A stretch of 64,000 nt of DNA from an uncultured bacterium. GTDB taxonomy: Bacteria; Krumholzibacteriota; Krumholzibacteriia; LZORAL124-64-63. This document shows positions 30,891 to 41,623 of this stretch, piece by piece. How positions within the stretch are numbered: position 1 is the stretch's first letter; every line of letters begins with the position of its first letter. The DNA lies in NCBI GenBank assembly GCA_963732385.1, contig CAVSZB010000004.1:160001-224000 (forward strand), given 5' to 3'. Both the position numbers and the translations under genes were made by a program. Under the pieces are notes generated by a model. That model searched no databases and was not told the DNA's origin. It worked only from the letters and a program-made list of their open reading frames with translations.

Positions 30891-32456
30891 ATGGAGTGGA
30901 GCGTTGGCGTGGGGAAGGCGACCACTGTGGTGGCCGATCTGCTTGTGGTGGCGGTGCCGGAGGGGCGATCCGGGCCTGATTTCAGCGGGCTCGAGAGTCT
31001 CGACAGCGCATGCGACGGGGGGCTGGGCGCGCTGGCCGACGGTCGCGTCTTCGCCGGACGCAAGGAGACGAGCGCGGTGCTCCCGGGCCGGGGTTGCGCA
31101 GCGCCGTGGGTGCTGCTGGCAGGTCTTGGCCGTCCCGGAGATCTCACCCTCGAGCGCCTGCGGCGCTGCGCCGGCACGGCGGCCGCCCAGGCCCGCCGGC
31201 TGAAGGCGCGGCGCTGCGCGCTGCTTTTGCCGGACGACTCACTTGGCGGGTTCGATCCGCAGGCCGTGGCGCGCGCCTGGGTGGAGGGGACGGAGCTTGC
31301 CCTGGGCGCCGTGGAACGGCTGCGCGGCGTCCCCGCGGGCGGGCCGGGTGACCGGCGTCCTCGCACCGCCGACGACGAGGCCGACGCGGTCTTCCTCCCC
31401 GATGCCTGGCGACTCGTCGAGCCAGGGCGCCGGCGGATCGCCGCGCTGACGAGGGGGCTCGCGGAGGGGCAGGCCTATGCGGCGGGGTGCCTGTTCGCCC
31501 GTCGCCTGGTCAATCTGCCGCCGAATGTGCTTACCCCGTCGCGTCTGGCTGACGAGGCGCGCGGTTTAGCCCGCGTACAGGGGTATGACTGCCGGGTGCT
31601 CGGTCCGGCCGGGATCGCGAAGCTCGGCATGGGCGGCCTGCTCGGCGTGGCGCGGGGCAGTCGGCAGGAGCCCCGGCTCATTCTCCTCGGATCGCGGCCG
31701 GGGCCCGCCGGCGGCCGGCGCCGGCGCACGCCCCTGGTGGCTCTCGTTGGCAAGGGGCTCACCTTTGATTCGGGCGGCCTTTCCCTCAAGGCCGCGGCCC
31801 GCATGGAACAGATGAAGGACGACATGGGGGGCGCTGCCGCGGTGCTCGGGGCGGCGCTGATCGTGGCGCGCCTGAAGTTGCCGGTGCGGCTGCTCGTGGT
31901 GATCCCCGCGGCTGAGAACCTGCCCGGCGGCGATGCGCTGCGTCCCGGGGATGTCATCACCATGGCGTCCGGACGCACGGTCGAGGTCATGAACACCGAT
32001 GCCGAGGGGCGGCTCGTGCTCGGCGATGCCCTGCATCACGCGTGCGGCGCGCGCCCCGACTGGCTGATCGACGCCGCCACCCTCACCGGCGCCTGCGCGG
32101 TCGCCCTGGGCGAACAGTTCGCCGGCCTGATGGGCAGTGACGCCCGCCTGCTCGCCGTGCTCGACCGCGCCGGCGGTGACACCTGCGAACGGGTCTGGCC
32201 GCTGCCGCTGCTCGATGAGCACCGCCGTTCGTTGCGCAGCGACGTGGCCGACTGCAAAAACATCGGCCCGCGCGACGGCAGCATCCTCACCGCAGGGGCG
32301 TTCCTTTCCTTCTTCGTGGACGAGGCGATTCCGTGGGCGCATATCGACATGGCGGGCCCGGTCTGGACTGACACGGCCGGGCCGCTCGGGCCGAAGGGGG
32401 CCACCGGCTATGGCGCCCGCCTGCTGGCGCGGGCGGTGCAACTGCTGGTATCCTAG
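30891..32456 (+). CDS. pepA: Leucyl aminopeptidase (M17)
   Basis: VGKGLTFDSGG, MKDDMGGAA, NTDAEGRL, ATLTGA and WAHIDMAG. Confidence 0.95.
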   Translation: MEWSVGVGKATTVVADLLVVAVPEGRSGPDFSGLESLDSACDGGLGALADGRVFAGRKETSAVLPGRGCAAPWVLLAGLGRPGDLTLERLRRCAGTAAAQARRLKARRCALLLPDDSLGGFDPQAVARAWVEGTELALGAVERLRGVPAGGPGDRRPRTADDEADAVFLPDAWRLVEPGRRRIAALTRGLAEGQAYAAGCLFARRLVNLPPNVLTPSRLADEARGLARVQGYDCRVLGPAGIAKLGMGGLLGVARGSRQEPRLILLGSRPGPAGGRRRRTPLVALVGKGLTFDSGGLSLKAAARMEQMKDDMGGAAAVLGAALIVARLKLPVRLLVVIPAAENLPGGDALRPGDVITMASGRTVEVMNTDAEGRLVLGDALHHACGARPDWLIDAATLTGACAVALGEQFAGLMGSDARLLAVLDRAGGDTCERVWPLPLLDEHRRSLRSDVADCKNIGPRDGSILTAGAFLSFFVDEAIPWAHIDMAGPVWTDTAGPLGPKGATGYGARLLARAVQLLVS

Positions 32457-32519
32457 GCCGGTGCTCGTTCGGCGCATCATCGCGCCGGTGTCCGCCTTTT
32501 TCCCTGCCGAGGATCCACC

Positions 32520-33875
32520 ATGTCCGGCTGGCAGCGCAGGAACGTCCACGAGTCGCTGCCGGTGCGCCTGACACGCCTCGCCGTGCCGGTGATGGTGGCC
32601 AACCTCGCCCAGACCCTGATGGGGCTGGTGGACACGCTCATGGTCGGCCGGCTGGGCGAGGCGTCGATTGCCGCGGTCGGCGTGGCCACGCTCTACTTCT
32701 CGATGCTGGCCAGCTCCCTCAAAGCGATCGACGTGGCGGTGCAGACCTTCACCGCGCAGCGGGTCGGCGCGGGGCGCCGCGCCGAAGTCGGCACGGTGCT
32801 GGCGACCGCGGTCACGGTGGCTCTGGTCGCCGGCGCGCTGTTCACCGGGCTCGGGATGTGGCGTCCGGAAGCGTTGATGGACCTCGTCACGAACGACCCC
32901 GCGGTGCGTGTCCTGGGCGCCGATTACCTGCGCTGGCGCTATCCCGGGCTGCTGCCGTGGCTCGTGTTCTGCATGTTCCGCGCGACGTTCGACGGGATCG
33001 GCGCCACCCGGATCGGCATGGTCGCGGTGATCGTGATGATCGCGGCGAACGTCGTGCTCAACTGGATCCTCATCTTTGGCCATTTCGGGGCGCCGCGGCT
33101 GGGGGTGGGCGGGGCGGCGTTGGCGAGCACGCTGGCCAGCCTGCTGGCCGCGGCCGTGGTGGTTGCCTGGGCGCTGCGGCGGCCGGTGCGTCGCGCCTTC
33201 GGTCTCGTCCGCCGGCGCAACCTGGACGTGAAGCTGATGCTCCCGTTCCTGCGCCTGGCCTGGCCCCCCGCGCTGCAGTCGTTTGGTCTGATCGTCGCCC
33301 TGCTGGTCTTCTTCGGGATCCTTGGGCGCATCTCGACCCTGGCGGTGGCGGCCGGCAACGTGGCGCTGCGCATCGCCTCCCTGTCGATCATGCCGGGCGT
33401 GGGGGTGGCGGTGGCGACACAGACGATCGTCGGGCAGGCGCTCGGCCGACGCGACCTGCGCGCGGCGGTGCGGGCCGGCTGGACCGGCGTGGCGGTGGCG
33501 ATGATCTTCATGGGCGCGTTCGGCCTGCTGTTTCTGCTCGCGCCGGGCGCCCTGCTGCGCCTGTTCTCCCCCAGCGAGGCGCTGGCGCACGAGGGGCGGC
33601 CGATCCTGCGGCTTCTGGGTCTGGTTCAACTGGTCGCCGCCCTCGGCCTCACGCTGGGGGGAGCGCTGCGCGGAGCCGGGGCGACACACGCGGTGATGGT
33701 CATCGACATCGTCTGCGGCTGGTGTCTCTTCCTGCCGGCCACCTGGCTGTTCGGCATCGTGTGGCGGGGAGGCCTGCTGGGGGCCTGGTGGGGCGTGCTG
33801 CTGTGGATCTGTCTCTATGCCTTCGGGATGACGGCGTGGTGGCTCAAGGGGAGTTGGCGGGAGATTCGTCTATGA
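32520..33875 (+). CDS. MATE-family efflux transporter
   Basis: LAVP...GLVDTLMVGRLG and LNWILIFG.FG.P.LGVGGAALAS; about 12 TM segments. Confidence 0.92.
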   Translation: MSGWQRRNVHESLPVRLTRLAVPVMVANLAQTLMGLVDTLMVGRLGEASIAAVGVATLYFSMLASSLKAIDVAVQTFTAQRVGAGRRAEVGTVLATAVTVALVAGALFTGLGMWRPEALMDLVTNDPAVRVLGADYLRWRYPGLLPWLVFCMFRATFDGIGATRIGMVAVIVMIAANVVLNWILIFGHFGAPRLGVGGAALASTLASLLAAAVVVAWALRRPVRRAFGLVRRRNLDVKLMLPFLRLAWPPALQSFGLIVALLVFFGILGRISTLAVAAGNVALRIASLSIMPGVGVAVATQTIVGQALGRRDLRAAVRAGWTGVAVAMIFMGAFGLLFLLAPGALLRLFSPSEALAHEGRPILRLLGLVQLVAALGLTLGGALRGAGATHAVMVIDIVCGWCLFLPATWLFGIVWRGGLLGAWWGVLLWICLYAFGMTAWWLKGSWREIRL

Positions 33876-33890
33876 CGCGGCAGGACGCGC

Positions 33891-35420
33891 ATGCGTGACG
33901 ACGCCACGCCCTCTGCCGACCGCCGGGTGTTCACGGTGGCCGAGCTGAACCAGACCATCCAGGCCGCGCTGCACGATGCGTTCCCGGGGCCGGTCTGGGT
34001 GCGGGGCGAGGTGCAGCGTCTGCCGATCGACGCGGCTCGCCGCCAGCACGTCTACTTCGAGCTGCACCAGGCCGGCGCTTCCGGCGCCGTGGCCGGGTTC
34101 CAGATCCCCGCCGCGATCCTCGGCTGGGACCGGCAGCGGTTCGGCCTCGGCCGTTACCTCGACGGCAGCGATCCCGACCTGCGTCTCGCCGACCGGCTGG
34201 AGGTCTGCCTGGAGTGCGTGGTCGACTTCTACCCGCCGTACGGCAAGCTGTCGCTCAAGGTGATCGGCGTGGACCGGGAGTTCACGCTCGGACGTCTCGA
34301 AGCGCGGCGGCAAGAAGTGCTCGCGCGGCTGAAGACGGCGGGGCTGCTCGAGCGCAACGGCGCCCTGCCGCTGGCGGAGCTGCCGCTGCGCGTCGGTCTG
34401 ATCACCGCGGCGGGCAGCGCCGCCGAGCGCGACTTCCTCAGCGGGCTGGCGGCCTCCGGACGCGGCTTTACCGTGTGGCGGGCGGATTGCCGGATGCAGG
34501 GGGAGAGCGTGGAGCCGCAGGTCGTGGCGGCGCTGCGCGGCCTGGCGGCGCTCGGCCTGGACGTGATCGTCATCACGCGGGGCGGCGGCTCGCGGGCCGA
34601 CCTCTCCTGGTTCGACCAGCTCGGGCTGGCCACCGCCATCGCGCTCTGTCCCGTGCCGGTCGTGACCGCCATCGGGCACGAGATCGACACCGCCATTGCC
34701 GACCTGGTCGCGCACACCCGTTGCAAGACCCCCACGGCGGCGGCGCAGTTGCTGGTCGATCGCGTGGCCACGGCGGCCGCGCGCGTGGCGAAGGCGGCCG
34801 AGCGGCTGGCGGCGGCGGGGCCGGCGCGGCTCACGGGGGCGCGCGACCGGCTGCAGCGCGGCGCCATGGGACTGGAGCGCCAGGTGGCGTGCCGGGTGCG
34901 CGACGCGCGGGTAGGCCTGGCGGACCGTCAGGCGCGGCTGGCGGCGGCGGCGCGCGGGCGCCTCGCGCGCGAACGGGCGCGACAAGAGGACCGGGAGAGA
35001 CGGTTGGGGCGGGGGGCGCCGGCGGCGACCGCGGCGGCCCGGGTCCGGCTCGACCTCGCGGCGCACGCGTTGCGCCCCGCGCGCCTGCTGGCCGGCTGGC
35101 CCGGCCGGTTGCGGGAGCTCTCGCGTGCCGGGGGGCGTCTCGACCGTCTGGTCGCCGCCACCCTTGCCGTCGCCGGAAGACGACTCGGCGCGGCGTCGGA
35201 CCAGGCGCGGCTGCTCGATCCGCAGCGGCAGCTCGCGCGCGGTTACACCCTGACCTGCGACGCCGCCGGACGTCCGCTCGCCGCGGCGTCCGGCCTGGCG
35301 CCGGGCGATCGTTTGACCACGCGCTTTCGCGATGGCACGGTCGGCAGCATCGTGGAGCGGATCGAGAGGGCTGCCGCGGCGGCCCGTGACGATGCGGAAG
35401 CGTCGGACCGGAAGGAGTGA
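33891..35420 (+). CDS. xseA: Exodeoxyribonuclease VII large subunit
   Basis: VWVRGEV, HVYFEL, TRGGGS, AIGHEID, TPTAAA and LARGY. Confidence 0.93.
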   Translation: MRDDATPSADRRVFTVAELNQTIQAALHDAFPGPVWVRGEVQRLPIDAARRQHVYFELHQAGASGAVAGFQIPAAILGWDRQRFGLGRYLDGSDPDLRLADRLEVCLECVVDFYPPYGKLSLKVIGVDREFTLGRLEARRQEVLARLKTAGLLERNGALPLAELPLRVGLITAAGSAAERDFLSGLAASGRGFTVWRADCRMQGESVEPQVVAALRGLAALGLDVIVITRGGGSRADLSWFDQLGLATAIALCPVPVVTAIGHEIDTAIADLVAHTRCKTPTAAAQLLVDRVATAAARVAKAAERLAAAGPARLTGARDRLQRGAMGLERQVACRVRDARVGLADRQARLAAAARGRLARERARQEDRERRLGRGAPAATAAARVRLDLAAHALRPARLLAGWPGRLRELSRAGGRLDRLVAATLAVAGRRLGAASDQARLLDPQRQLARGYTLTCDAAGRPLAAASGLAPGDRLTTRFRDGTVGSIVERIERAAAAARDDAEASDRKE

Positions 35421-35421
35421 C

Positions 35422-35733
35422 ATGGCGGAGCAGGTGAAGCGGAAGCCCCGGGGGGGCGCCGGCGCCGGAGCGGCCGGGCAGCCGGCTTTCGGCGCGGCGG
35501 TGGAAGAGGTCGAGCGGATTCTGGCGCGTCTGGAGGCGGAGCAGGTCGACATCGACGACCTGGCGCGCGAAGTCCGGCGGGCGGTCGAGCTGATCGGCCT
35601 CTGCCGGAGCAAGCTGGCCGCTACCGAAACCGAGGTGCGCGCCTACGTCGATGCGTTGCAGACGCCGGAGCCGGGCGCGCCGGCGGATGGCGGGCCGACC
35701 GGTGATGCCGGCGATTCCCGGCTGCCGTTCTGA
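35422..35733 (+). CDS. xseB: Exodeoxyribonuclease VII small subunit
   Basis: F.AAVEEVERILARLE...C..KL; directly after xseA. Confidence 0.88.
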   Translation: MAEQVKRKPRGGAGAGAAGQPAFGAAVEEVERILARLEAEQVDIDDLAREVRRAVELIGLCRSKLAATETEVRAYVDALQTPEPGAPADGGPTGDAGDSRLPF

Positions 35734-35737
35734 CGCC

Positions 35738-36781
35738 ATGGCCGGCCTGATCCGCGTCGAACATCTCGTCAAGGACTACGTGAGCAGCCATCGCCGCGAG
35801 GGGGTGCGGGGGGGGCTGATCGACCTGGTGCGTCCGCGCCGGCGGATCGTGCGGGCGGTCGACGAAGTCTCCTTCGCCATCGACGAGGGGGAGATGGTGG
35901 GCTACATCGGCGCCAACGGCGCCGGCAAGTCCACGACCATCAAGGTGCTGACCGGCATCCTCACGCCGACCGCCGGGACCGTGCGCGTGGGGGGACTGGT
36001 GCCGTACCGCGAGCGGCAGCGCTATACGCGGCACATCGGCGTGGTGTTCGGGCAGCGCACGCAACTCTGGTGGGACCTGGCGGTCGTGGAGTCGCTGCGG
36101 CTGCTCAAGAAGATCTACGAGGTGGACGACGCCGTCTACGCGGCGCAGCTCGACCTGTTCGACGAGCTGCTGCAGATCCGCGAGCTGCTCAACCAGCCGG
36201 TGCGCAAGCTGTCGCTCGGCCAGCGCATGCGCTGCGATCTCGCAGCGGCGCTGCTGCACCGCCCCCGCATCCTGTTCCTCGACGAGCCGACGATCGGCCT
36301 CGATGTCGTGGCGAAGCAGAACGTGCGTGGCTTCCTCAAGGAGGCCCGCGACCGGCTCGGCACCACGGTCATCCTCACCACGCACGATCTGGGCGACATC
36401 CAGGAACTGTGCCGACGCATCCTGATCATCGATCACGGACGGCTGCTGTTCGACGGCGCGTTGGCTGATCTGCGGCTGCGGCTGGGGGATCAGGTGCGGG
36501 TGCTGGTCGAGCTCTACGACCCGGCGCCCGTGCGGGCGCTGGCCGCCTGCACCGACGGCCTGCCGGTGGCGTGGGACAGCCTCGACCGGCCCGACGGGCA
36601 CGAGCACGCGGTCGCCTTCAGCCGCCGCGACGTGACCGCGGCCGAGGTGATCCGCCGCGTCGTCAACGGCTGCCGCGTGCACGACGTGCGCATCGTCGAA
36701 CCGACGATCGAGGAGGTCGTGCGCCGCATCTACCGTGCCGGCGCGGTGGAGGACAACGGCCGGGAGGCGGACCGTGGCTGA
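35738..36781 (+). CDS. ABC-2 type transporter ATP-binding protein
   Basis: GANGAGKST, VFGQRTQLWWDL, LSLGQRMR and LFLDEPTIGLD. Confidence 0.93.
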   Translation: MAGLIRVEHLVKDYVSSHRREGVRGGLIDLVRPRRRIVRAVDEVSFAIDEGEMVGYIGANGAGKSTTIKVLTGILTPTAGTVRVGGLVPYRERQRYTRHIGVVFGQRTQLWWDLAVVESLRLLKKIYEVDDAVYAAQLDLFDELLQIRELLNQPVRKLSLGQRMRCDLAAALLHRPRILFLDEPTIGLDVVAKQNVRGFLKEARDRLGTTVILTTHDLGDIQELCRRILIIDHGRLLFDGALADLRLRLGDQVRVLVELYDPAPVRALAACTDGLPVAWDSLDRPDGHEHAVAFSRRDVTAAEVIRRVVNGCRVHDVRIVEPTIEEVVRRIYRAGAVEDNGREADRG

Positions 36782-37637
36782 GGCCGTCGCGCTGATTCCC
36801 TGGCGGCGGCGTCCAGGCGCGACGCTGGGTCTCTACCTGCACTTCGTGCGCCTGTCGTTCCTGGAATTCCTCGCCTACCGCCTGCGGTATTACACCGGGG
36901 TCGTCACCTACACCGTCTTCGTGGCCGGCAACTACTTCCTGTATACCGCGTTGTTCGCCAGCCGTCCCGTCGCGGCCGGCGGCGTGGCGACGATGGGCGG
37001 GCTGACGCTGGGCGAGATGATCACCTACATCGGGCTGAGCTGGATCGGCCGCAGTTTCTACTTCAACAACATCGATCGCGATCTTTCGGGACAGATCCGC
37101 GAGGGTCAGGTGGCGATGCTGCTGATCAAGCCGGTGCACGCCCAGACCATGCTGATGTTCCAGGCCCTGGGCGAGGCGGCGTTCCGGCTGTTGCTCTTCA
37201 CGCTGCCGATCATCGTCGTGGTGGGGCCGGTTTTCCACCTGCTGCCGCCGCCCCGCCCGTCGCTCTACGGCTGGACGCTGCTCAGCTTCCTGCTCGCCTT
37301 TCTGGTCAACGCCCAGGTGAATTTTCTGGTCGGCTGCCTTGCCTTCTATCTCCATAACATCCTCGGGGTGATCCGCGCCAAGCTCGTGATCATGGAACTC
37401 CTCACCGGCGTGCTGGTGCCGTTCACGCTGTTCCCGGAGTGGGTGCAGAAAGTGATGTCGTGGCTGCCGTTCCAGGCGATCAACTATATCCCGGTCATGA
37501 CCTACCTCGGTCGGCGTTCCGGCGATGCGCTCGCGCGCGGCCTGCTCGTGCAGGCGGCGTGGGCGGCCGGCCTGCTGCTGCTGGGCCGCTGGATCTGGAA
37601 CCGCGCGGTGCGTCAGGTGACGCTGCAGGGAGGATGA
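36774..37637 (+). CDS. ABC-2 family permease (DUF990-type)
   Basis: Hydrophobic; LAYR, IREG..AMLLIKP and LPFQ..Y.P; ends QGG. Confidence 0.85.
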   Translation: MAEAVALIPWRRRPGATLGLYLHFVRLSFLEFLAYRLRYYTGVVTYTVFVAGNYFLYTALFASRPVAAGGVATMGGLTLGEMITYIGLSWIGRSFYFNNIDRDLSGQIREGQVAMLLIKPVHAQTMLMFQALGEAAFRLLLFTLPIIVVVGPVFHLLPPPRPSLYGWTLLSFLLAFLVNAQVNFLVGCLAFYLHNILGVIRAKLVIMELLTGVLVPFTLFPEWVQKVMSWLPFQAINYIPVMTYLGRRSGDALARGLLVQAAWAAGLLLLGRWIWNRAVRQVTLQGG

Positions 37638-38362
37638 TCGTGAGGACGGCGCACGCGCTGGCGCTTTGTCTGCTGCTGCTGGCGACGGTCGCCGACGGCG
37701 CGTCCGCGGTCGGCCCTGCCGGCGGGACCGACTCTCTCTACGCGGCGTGGCGCCCGCTGCTGGCGCGGGCGGTCCGTGCCGGCCAGGGCGACGACCCGTC
37801 CGACCTGTACAAACTGATTCACCAGGGGGTGATGGGGCCGGCGCACGCCGTGCCGTCAGCGTCCTCGGCGCTCGCCTGGCTCGACGACGAGTGGCGCGCA
37901 ATGGCCGCGACGGCCGACCCGCCCGCGGTCGCCTGGCCGCTGATCGAGCCGATCCGGCCCGACAGCCTGCTGGTGCGCGTACATCTGCGTCCCCTCGCGG
38001 TCCTCACGACGACGGGGCCGGATGGAGACGAGGCGCGGCGGGCGGCCTGGAGCGCGCTCGCAGAGGCGTTCGTACGCACGGCGGCGGTCTGGCACGGCGA
38101 CGCCGGCCGGCTGCGGGACCTCTGGAGCCGCGCGCTCGCCGACCGGGCGCTCTGGCCCGCCGCGGCCGATTCCTCGCTGCGCGCCGCGTTCACCGCCGAG
38201 GTCGCGGCGGCCGGCTGGCCGGCGGTGCACCATGGCGCGACCTTCGCGCGGACATGGGCGCCGCACTATCGGGTCGTGGCCTGCGCCGAACTGCCGGCCG
38301 CCTGGCTGGCGGCCGCGGGCTGGCCGCCGCCGCGCGGCGCCGCCGGAAGCGGGGCGCCATGA
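37634..38362 (+). CDS. Hypothetical exported protein (DLYKLIHQ..MGPAH motif)
   Basis: Signal-peptide-like N-terminus; ATGA overlaps with both neighbouring permease genes; conserved-looking VRVHL, AVHH and PHYRVV blocks. Confidence 0.7.
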   Translation: MIVRTAHALALCLLLLATVADGASAVGPAGGTDSLYAAWRPLLARAVRAGQGDDPSDLYKLIHQGVMGPAHAVPSASSALAWLDDEWRAMAATADPPAVAWPLIEPIRPDSLLVRVHLRPLAVLTTTGPDGDEARRAAWSALAEAFVRTAAVWHGDAGRLRDLWSRALADRALWPAAADSSLRAAFTAEVAAAGWPAVHHGATFARTWAPHYRVVACAELPAAWLAAAGWPPPRGAAGSGAP

Positions 38363-39207
38363 ACGCAGCGAGCGGCGGCATCGCGACGACGCGGGGGGAC
38401 GGGGCCTGGCGGACGCTGCGCCGTCAGGGGGGTATCTTCGCCGCCTACTTTGCCCAGTTCCTCAAGATGCGACTCGCCTACCGGGTCGACTTCGCCATCG
38501 ATCTCTTCGCCAACCTCGTCCAGGCCGGCGTTCAGATCGTGATCCTGGCGGTTCTCTTCGCCAGGGTGCCGTCGCTGCGCGGCTGGACCTACGAGCAGGT
38601 GCTGTTCATCTACGGGTTCAGTCTGCTTCCGCTCGGGCTGTTCAACATCGTCAGCATCAATCTCTACCGGTTCGGCGAGCGCTATGTGATCGAGGGACAC
38701 TTCGACCGGGTGCTGCTGCGCCCGATCAATCCGCTCGCCCAGATCATGTTCGAGGAGTTCAATATTGCCGGGGTGAACGAGATCGCGGTGGGGATCGGCG
38801 TGATGGCGCACGCGGGGATGCGGCTGGGACTCGCCTGGAGTTTCCTCGATCTGACCCTGCTCCTGCTGCTGGCGGTGTCGTCGGCCCTGGTTTTCACCGG
38901 GATTTTTCTCGGTCTTACTTCGGTATCATTCTGGTTCGAGGACCGCCTGGGGCTGGCGCCTCCGGTTTACAACATCATCCGGTTCAGTCGCTACCCCATG
39001 ACGATCTTCAGTCCCCTGGTGCGGCTGCTCCTGACCTTCGTGCTGCCGTTCGCCTGGGTCGCCTTCTACCCCGCGACCTGGTTCATCGGCAGTCCGGAGG
39101 TGCGGGGCCTCGCCCTGCTGACGCCGCTGGTCGGCGCGGCAGTGTTCGGACTGGCCTACGTCATCTGGAGCCGGGGCGCGCGTCGCTACGCCAGCACCGG
39201 CAGTTGA
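38359..39207 (+). CDS. ABC-2 family permease (DUF990-type)
   Basis: AYRVDF, GWTYEQV, G.FDRVLLRP and FSRYP.TIF; ends YASTGS. Confidence 0.88.
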   Translation: MNAASGGIATTRGDGAWRTLRRQGGIFAAYFAQFLKMRLAYRVDFAIDLFANLVQAGVQIVILAVLFARVPSLRGWTYEQVLFIYGFSLLPLGLFNIVSINLYRFGERYVIEGHFDRVLLRPINPLAQIMFEEFNIAGVNEIAVGIGVMAHAGMRLGLAWSFLDLTLLLLLAVSSALVFTGIFLGLTSVSFWFEDRLGLAPPVYNIIRFSRYPMTIFSPLVRLLLTFVLPFAWVAFYPATWFIGSPEVRGLALLTPLVGAAVFGLAYVIWSRGARRYASTGS

Positions 39208-39263
39208 TCCCATCACGCGGAGCTCCGGGCCAGGCGGCCTTGTCTTCACATCGGCGCTGCGGT

Positions 39264-39746
39264 TCAGGCGTTTCCGCCGGGGGCCGGGGCGGGGGCGCAG
39301 AGTTCGATCAGCACGCCGCCGGTCGATTTCGGGTGGACGAACGCCACCCGCCTGCCGCCGGCGCCGGTACGCGGGGTCCGGTCGAGCAGTTCGAGCCCGG
39401 CCGCGGCGCAGGCCGCCATGACCGCCTCGATATCAATCACCGCCACGGCGAGGTGGTGCAGGCCGGGGCCGCGCTTCTCGATGAACTTCGCGATCGCCCC
39501 CTCGGACACCGTCGGTTGCAGAAGTTCGAGATGTCCGAGGGCGCCGGCGCGGTCGAGTTTCAGCATCGCCACCCGCACCTTCTCCGTCGGCACCTCTTCG
39601 ATCCGTTCCAGTTCGAGGCCGAGCAGGTCGCGGTAGAGGCGCACGCCGGCCTCGAGGTCCGTCACTGCGATGCCGATGTGATCGACGGTGCCGGCCGTGC
39701 CCGGGGGGAGGGCTGCCGCCGCGCCGGTGGTCTCCGGAAACTTCAT
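39264..39746 (-). CDS. mce: Methylmalonyl-CoA epimerase
   Basis: DHIGIAV, LELLQP, GPGLHHLA and FVHPKSTGGVLIEL. Confidence 0.93.
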   Translation of the reverse strand: MKFPETTGAAAALPPGTAGTVDHIGIAVTDLEAGVRLYRDLLGLELERIEEVPTEKVRVAMLKLDRAGALGHLELLQPTVSEGAIAKFIEKRGPGLHHLAVAVIDIEAVMAACAAAGLELLDRTPRTGAGGRRVAFVHPKSTGGVLIELCAPAPAPGGNA

Positions 39747-39778
39747 GGTCGCCGGTCCTTTCCGCGCCGTCGGCGCGG

Positions 39779-41449
39779 TCAGTGGGTCTCGTGGTGCATG
39801 CCGTAGACGCCGCGCAGGACGTTGCACATCTCGCCGACCGAGCCGTAGGCGCGCACGCACGCCAGCAGCGACGGCATCAGGTTGCCGCCGGACCGCGCCG
39901 TCGCCTCCAGGTCGGCCAGTGCAGCGGTGACTGCGGCCGCGTCGCGGCGGGCGCGCACGGCGGCCAGGCGCTGCTTCTGCTCCGCCTCGACCTCGGGACG
40001 CAGCTGGAATCCGCCCCGGGCCGGCTCCGGCTGCGCGTCGGCGTACTTGTTCACGCCGACGAGCACGGTGCGCCGCGCGTCGATGGCCTGCTGAGCGGCG
40101 TAGGCGCTCGCCTCGATCCGCCGCTGCGGGTACCCCTCCTCGATCGCCTTGACCATTCCGCCCAGGTCGTCGATGCGGCGCAGCTCTTCCCAGACCGCCG
40201 CCTCCATGGCGTCGGTGAGCGACTCCACCGCGAAGCTGCCCCCGAGCGGATCGACCGTGTCGCAGACCCCGGTCTCCTCGGCGATGATCTGCTGCGTGCG
40301 CAGGGCCAGGCGCGCCGCGTCGGCCGTCGGCAGGGAGAGGGCTTCGTCGAAGCTGTTCGTGTGCAGCGACTGTGTCCCGCCCAGCACGGCGGCCAGCGCC
40401 TGGATCGCCACGCGCACGACGTTGTTCGCCGGCTCCTGGGCCGTGAGGGTGGAGCCGGCCGTCTGGGTGTGGAAGCGCAGCTTGCCCGACTCCGGGTTCC
40501 GCGCCCCGAAGCGCTCGCGGCAGATCCGCTCCCAGATGCGGCGCGCGGCGCGGAACTTGGCCACCTCCTCGAGGAAGTGGTTGTGCACGTTGAAGAAAAA
40601 GGAGAGTCGCGGCGCGAATTTGTCGAATTCAAGTCCCGCGGTGACGGCCGCCTCGCAGTAGGCGATCGCGTCCGCGAAAGTGAACGCCAGCTCCTGGACG
40701 GCCGTCGATCCGGCTTCGCGGATATGGTAGCCGCTGATCGAGATGGTATTCCAGCGGGGGAGGTTGTCGCGGCACCAGGCGAAGATGTCGGTGATGATCT
40801 TCATGGACGGCTGCGGGGGGTGGATGTATGTGCCGCGCGCCATGTACTCCTTGAGCACGTCGTTCTGGATCGTCCCGGTCAGGAGTTTCGGGTCGACCCC
40901 CTGCCGCTCGGCCGCGGCCACCACCATCAGCAGCAGCATGGCGGCCGGCGCGTTGATCGTCATCGAGACGCTCACCTTGTCGAGCGGGATGCCGGCGAGC
41001 AGATCCTCCATGTCCTGCAGCGTGTCGATGGCCACGCCGGTGCGCCCGACCTCGCCCTCGGCGAGCGGGTCATCGGAGTCGTAACCCATCTGCGTCGGCA
41101 GGTCGAAGGCGACCGACAGCCCCGTCTGACCCTGGCCGAGCAGGTAGCGGAAACGCTGGTTGGTCTCGAGGCAGGAACCGAAACCGGCGTACTGGCGCAT
41201 GGTCCAGGCGCGGCCGCGGTACATCGTCGGCTGGATGCCGCGGGTGAAGGGGGCCGCGCCCGGCAGGCCGAGGCGGGCCAGATAGTCATCTTCGGGGAGG
41301 TCCAGCGGGGTATAGATCCGCTTCACTTCGAGATCCGAAGAGGTGGCGAAGCGTTCATGACGCTCCGGAAAGCGCTTCAGCACGGGCGCCACCGCGTCCT
41401 GTTCCCAGGCGTGCACGGCGTCGGTGAGGCGGTTGCGGTCGTCGGCCAT
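39779..41449 (-). CDS. Methylmalonyl-CoA mutase, substrate-binding large subunit
   Basis: [44 protein letters not shown] and QSLHTN; no B12-binding domain. Confidence 0.93.
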   Translation of the reverse strand: MADDRNRLTDAVHAWEQDAVAPVLKRFPERHERFATSSDLEVKRIYTPLDLPEDDYLARLGLPGAAPFTRGIQPTMYRGRAWTMRQYAGFGSCLETNQRFRYLLGQGQTGLSVAFDLPTQMGYDSDDPLAEGEVGRTGVAIDTLQDMEDLLAGIPLDKVSVSMTINAPAAMLLLMVVAAAERQGVDPKLLTGTIQNDVLKEYMARGTYIHPPQPSMKIITDIFAWCRDNLPRWNTISISGYHIREAGSTAVQELAFTFADAIAYCEAAVTAGLEFDKFAPRLSFFFNVHNHFLEEVAKFRAARRIWERICRERFGARNPESGKLRFHTQTAGSTLTAQEPANNVVRVAIQALAAVLGGTQSLHTNSFDEALSLPTADAARLALRTQQIIAEETGVCDTVDPLGGSFAVESLTDAMEAAVWEELRRIDDLGGMVKAIEEGYPQRRIEASAYAAQQAIDARRTVLVGVNKYADAQPEPARGGFQLRPEVEAEQKQRLAAVRARRDAAAVTAALADLEATARSGGNLMPSLLACVRAYGSVGEMCNVLRGVYGMHHETH

Positions 41450-41623
41450 GGTCGGGTCCTTTCCCCGGGCGGAAGCCTTTGCCCGGTCAGGTCCGGCAGG
41501 ATGCGCCGGGCGTCGACGCCAAGATAGGAAACCCCGGCCCGCGCCGGAAACCGCTTTTTCACACCGGCCCGAACGGCTATCCTTTCCCGGCTGTATTTCG
41601 CCGGACACGACCGAGGAGGAGCG

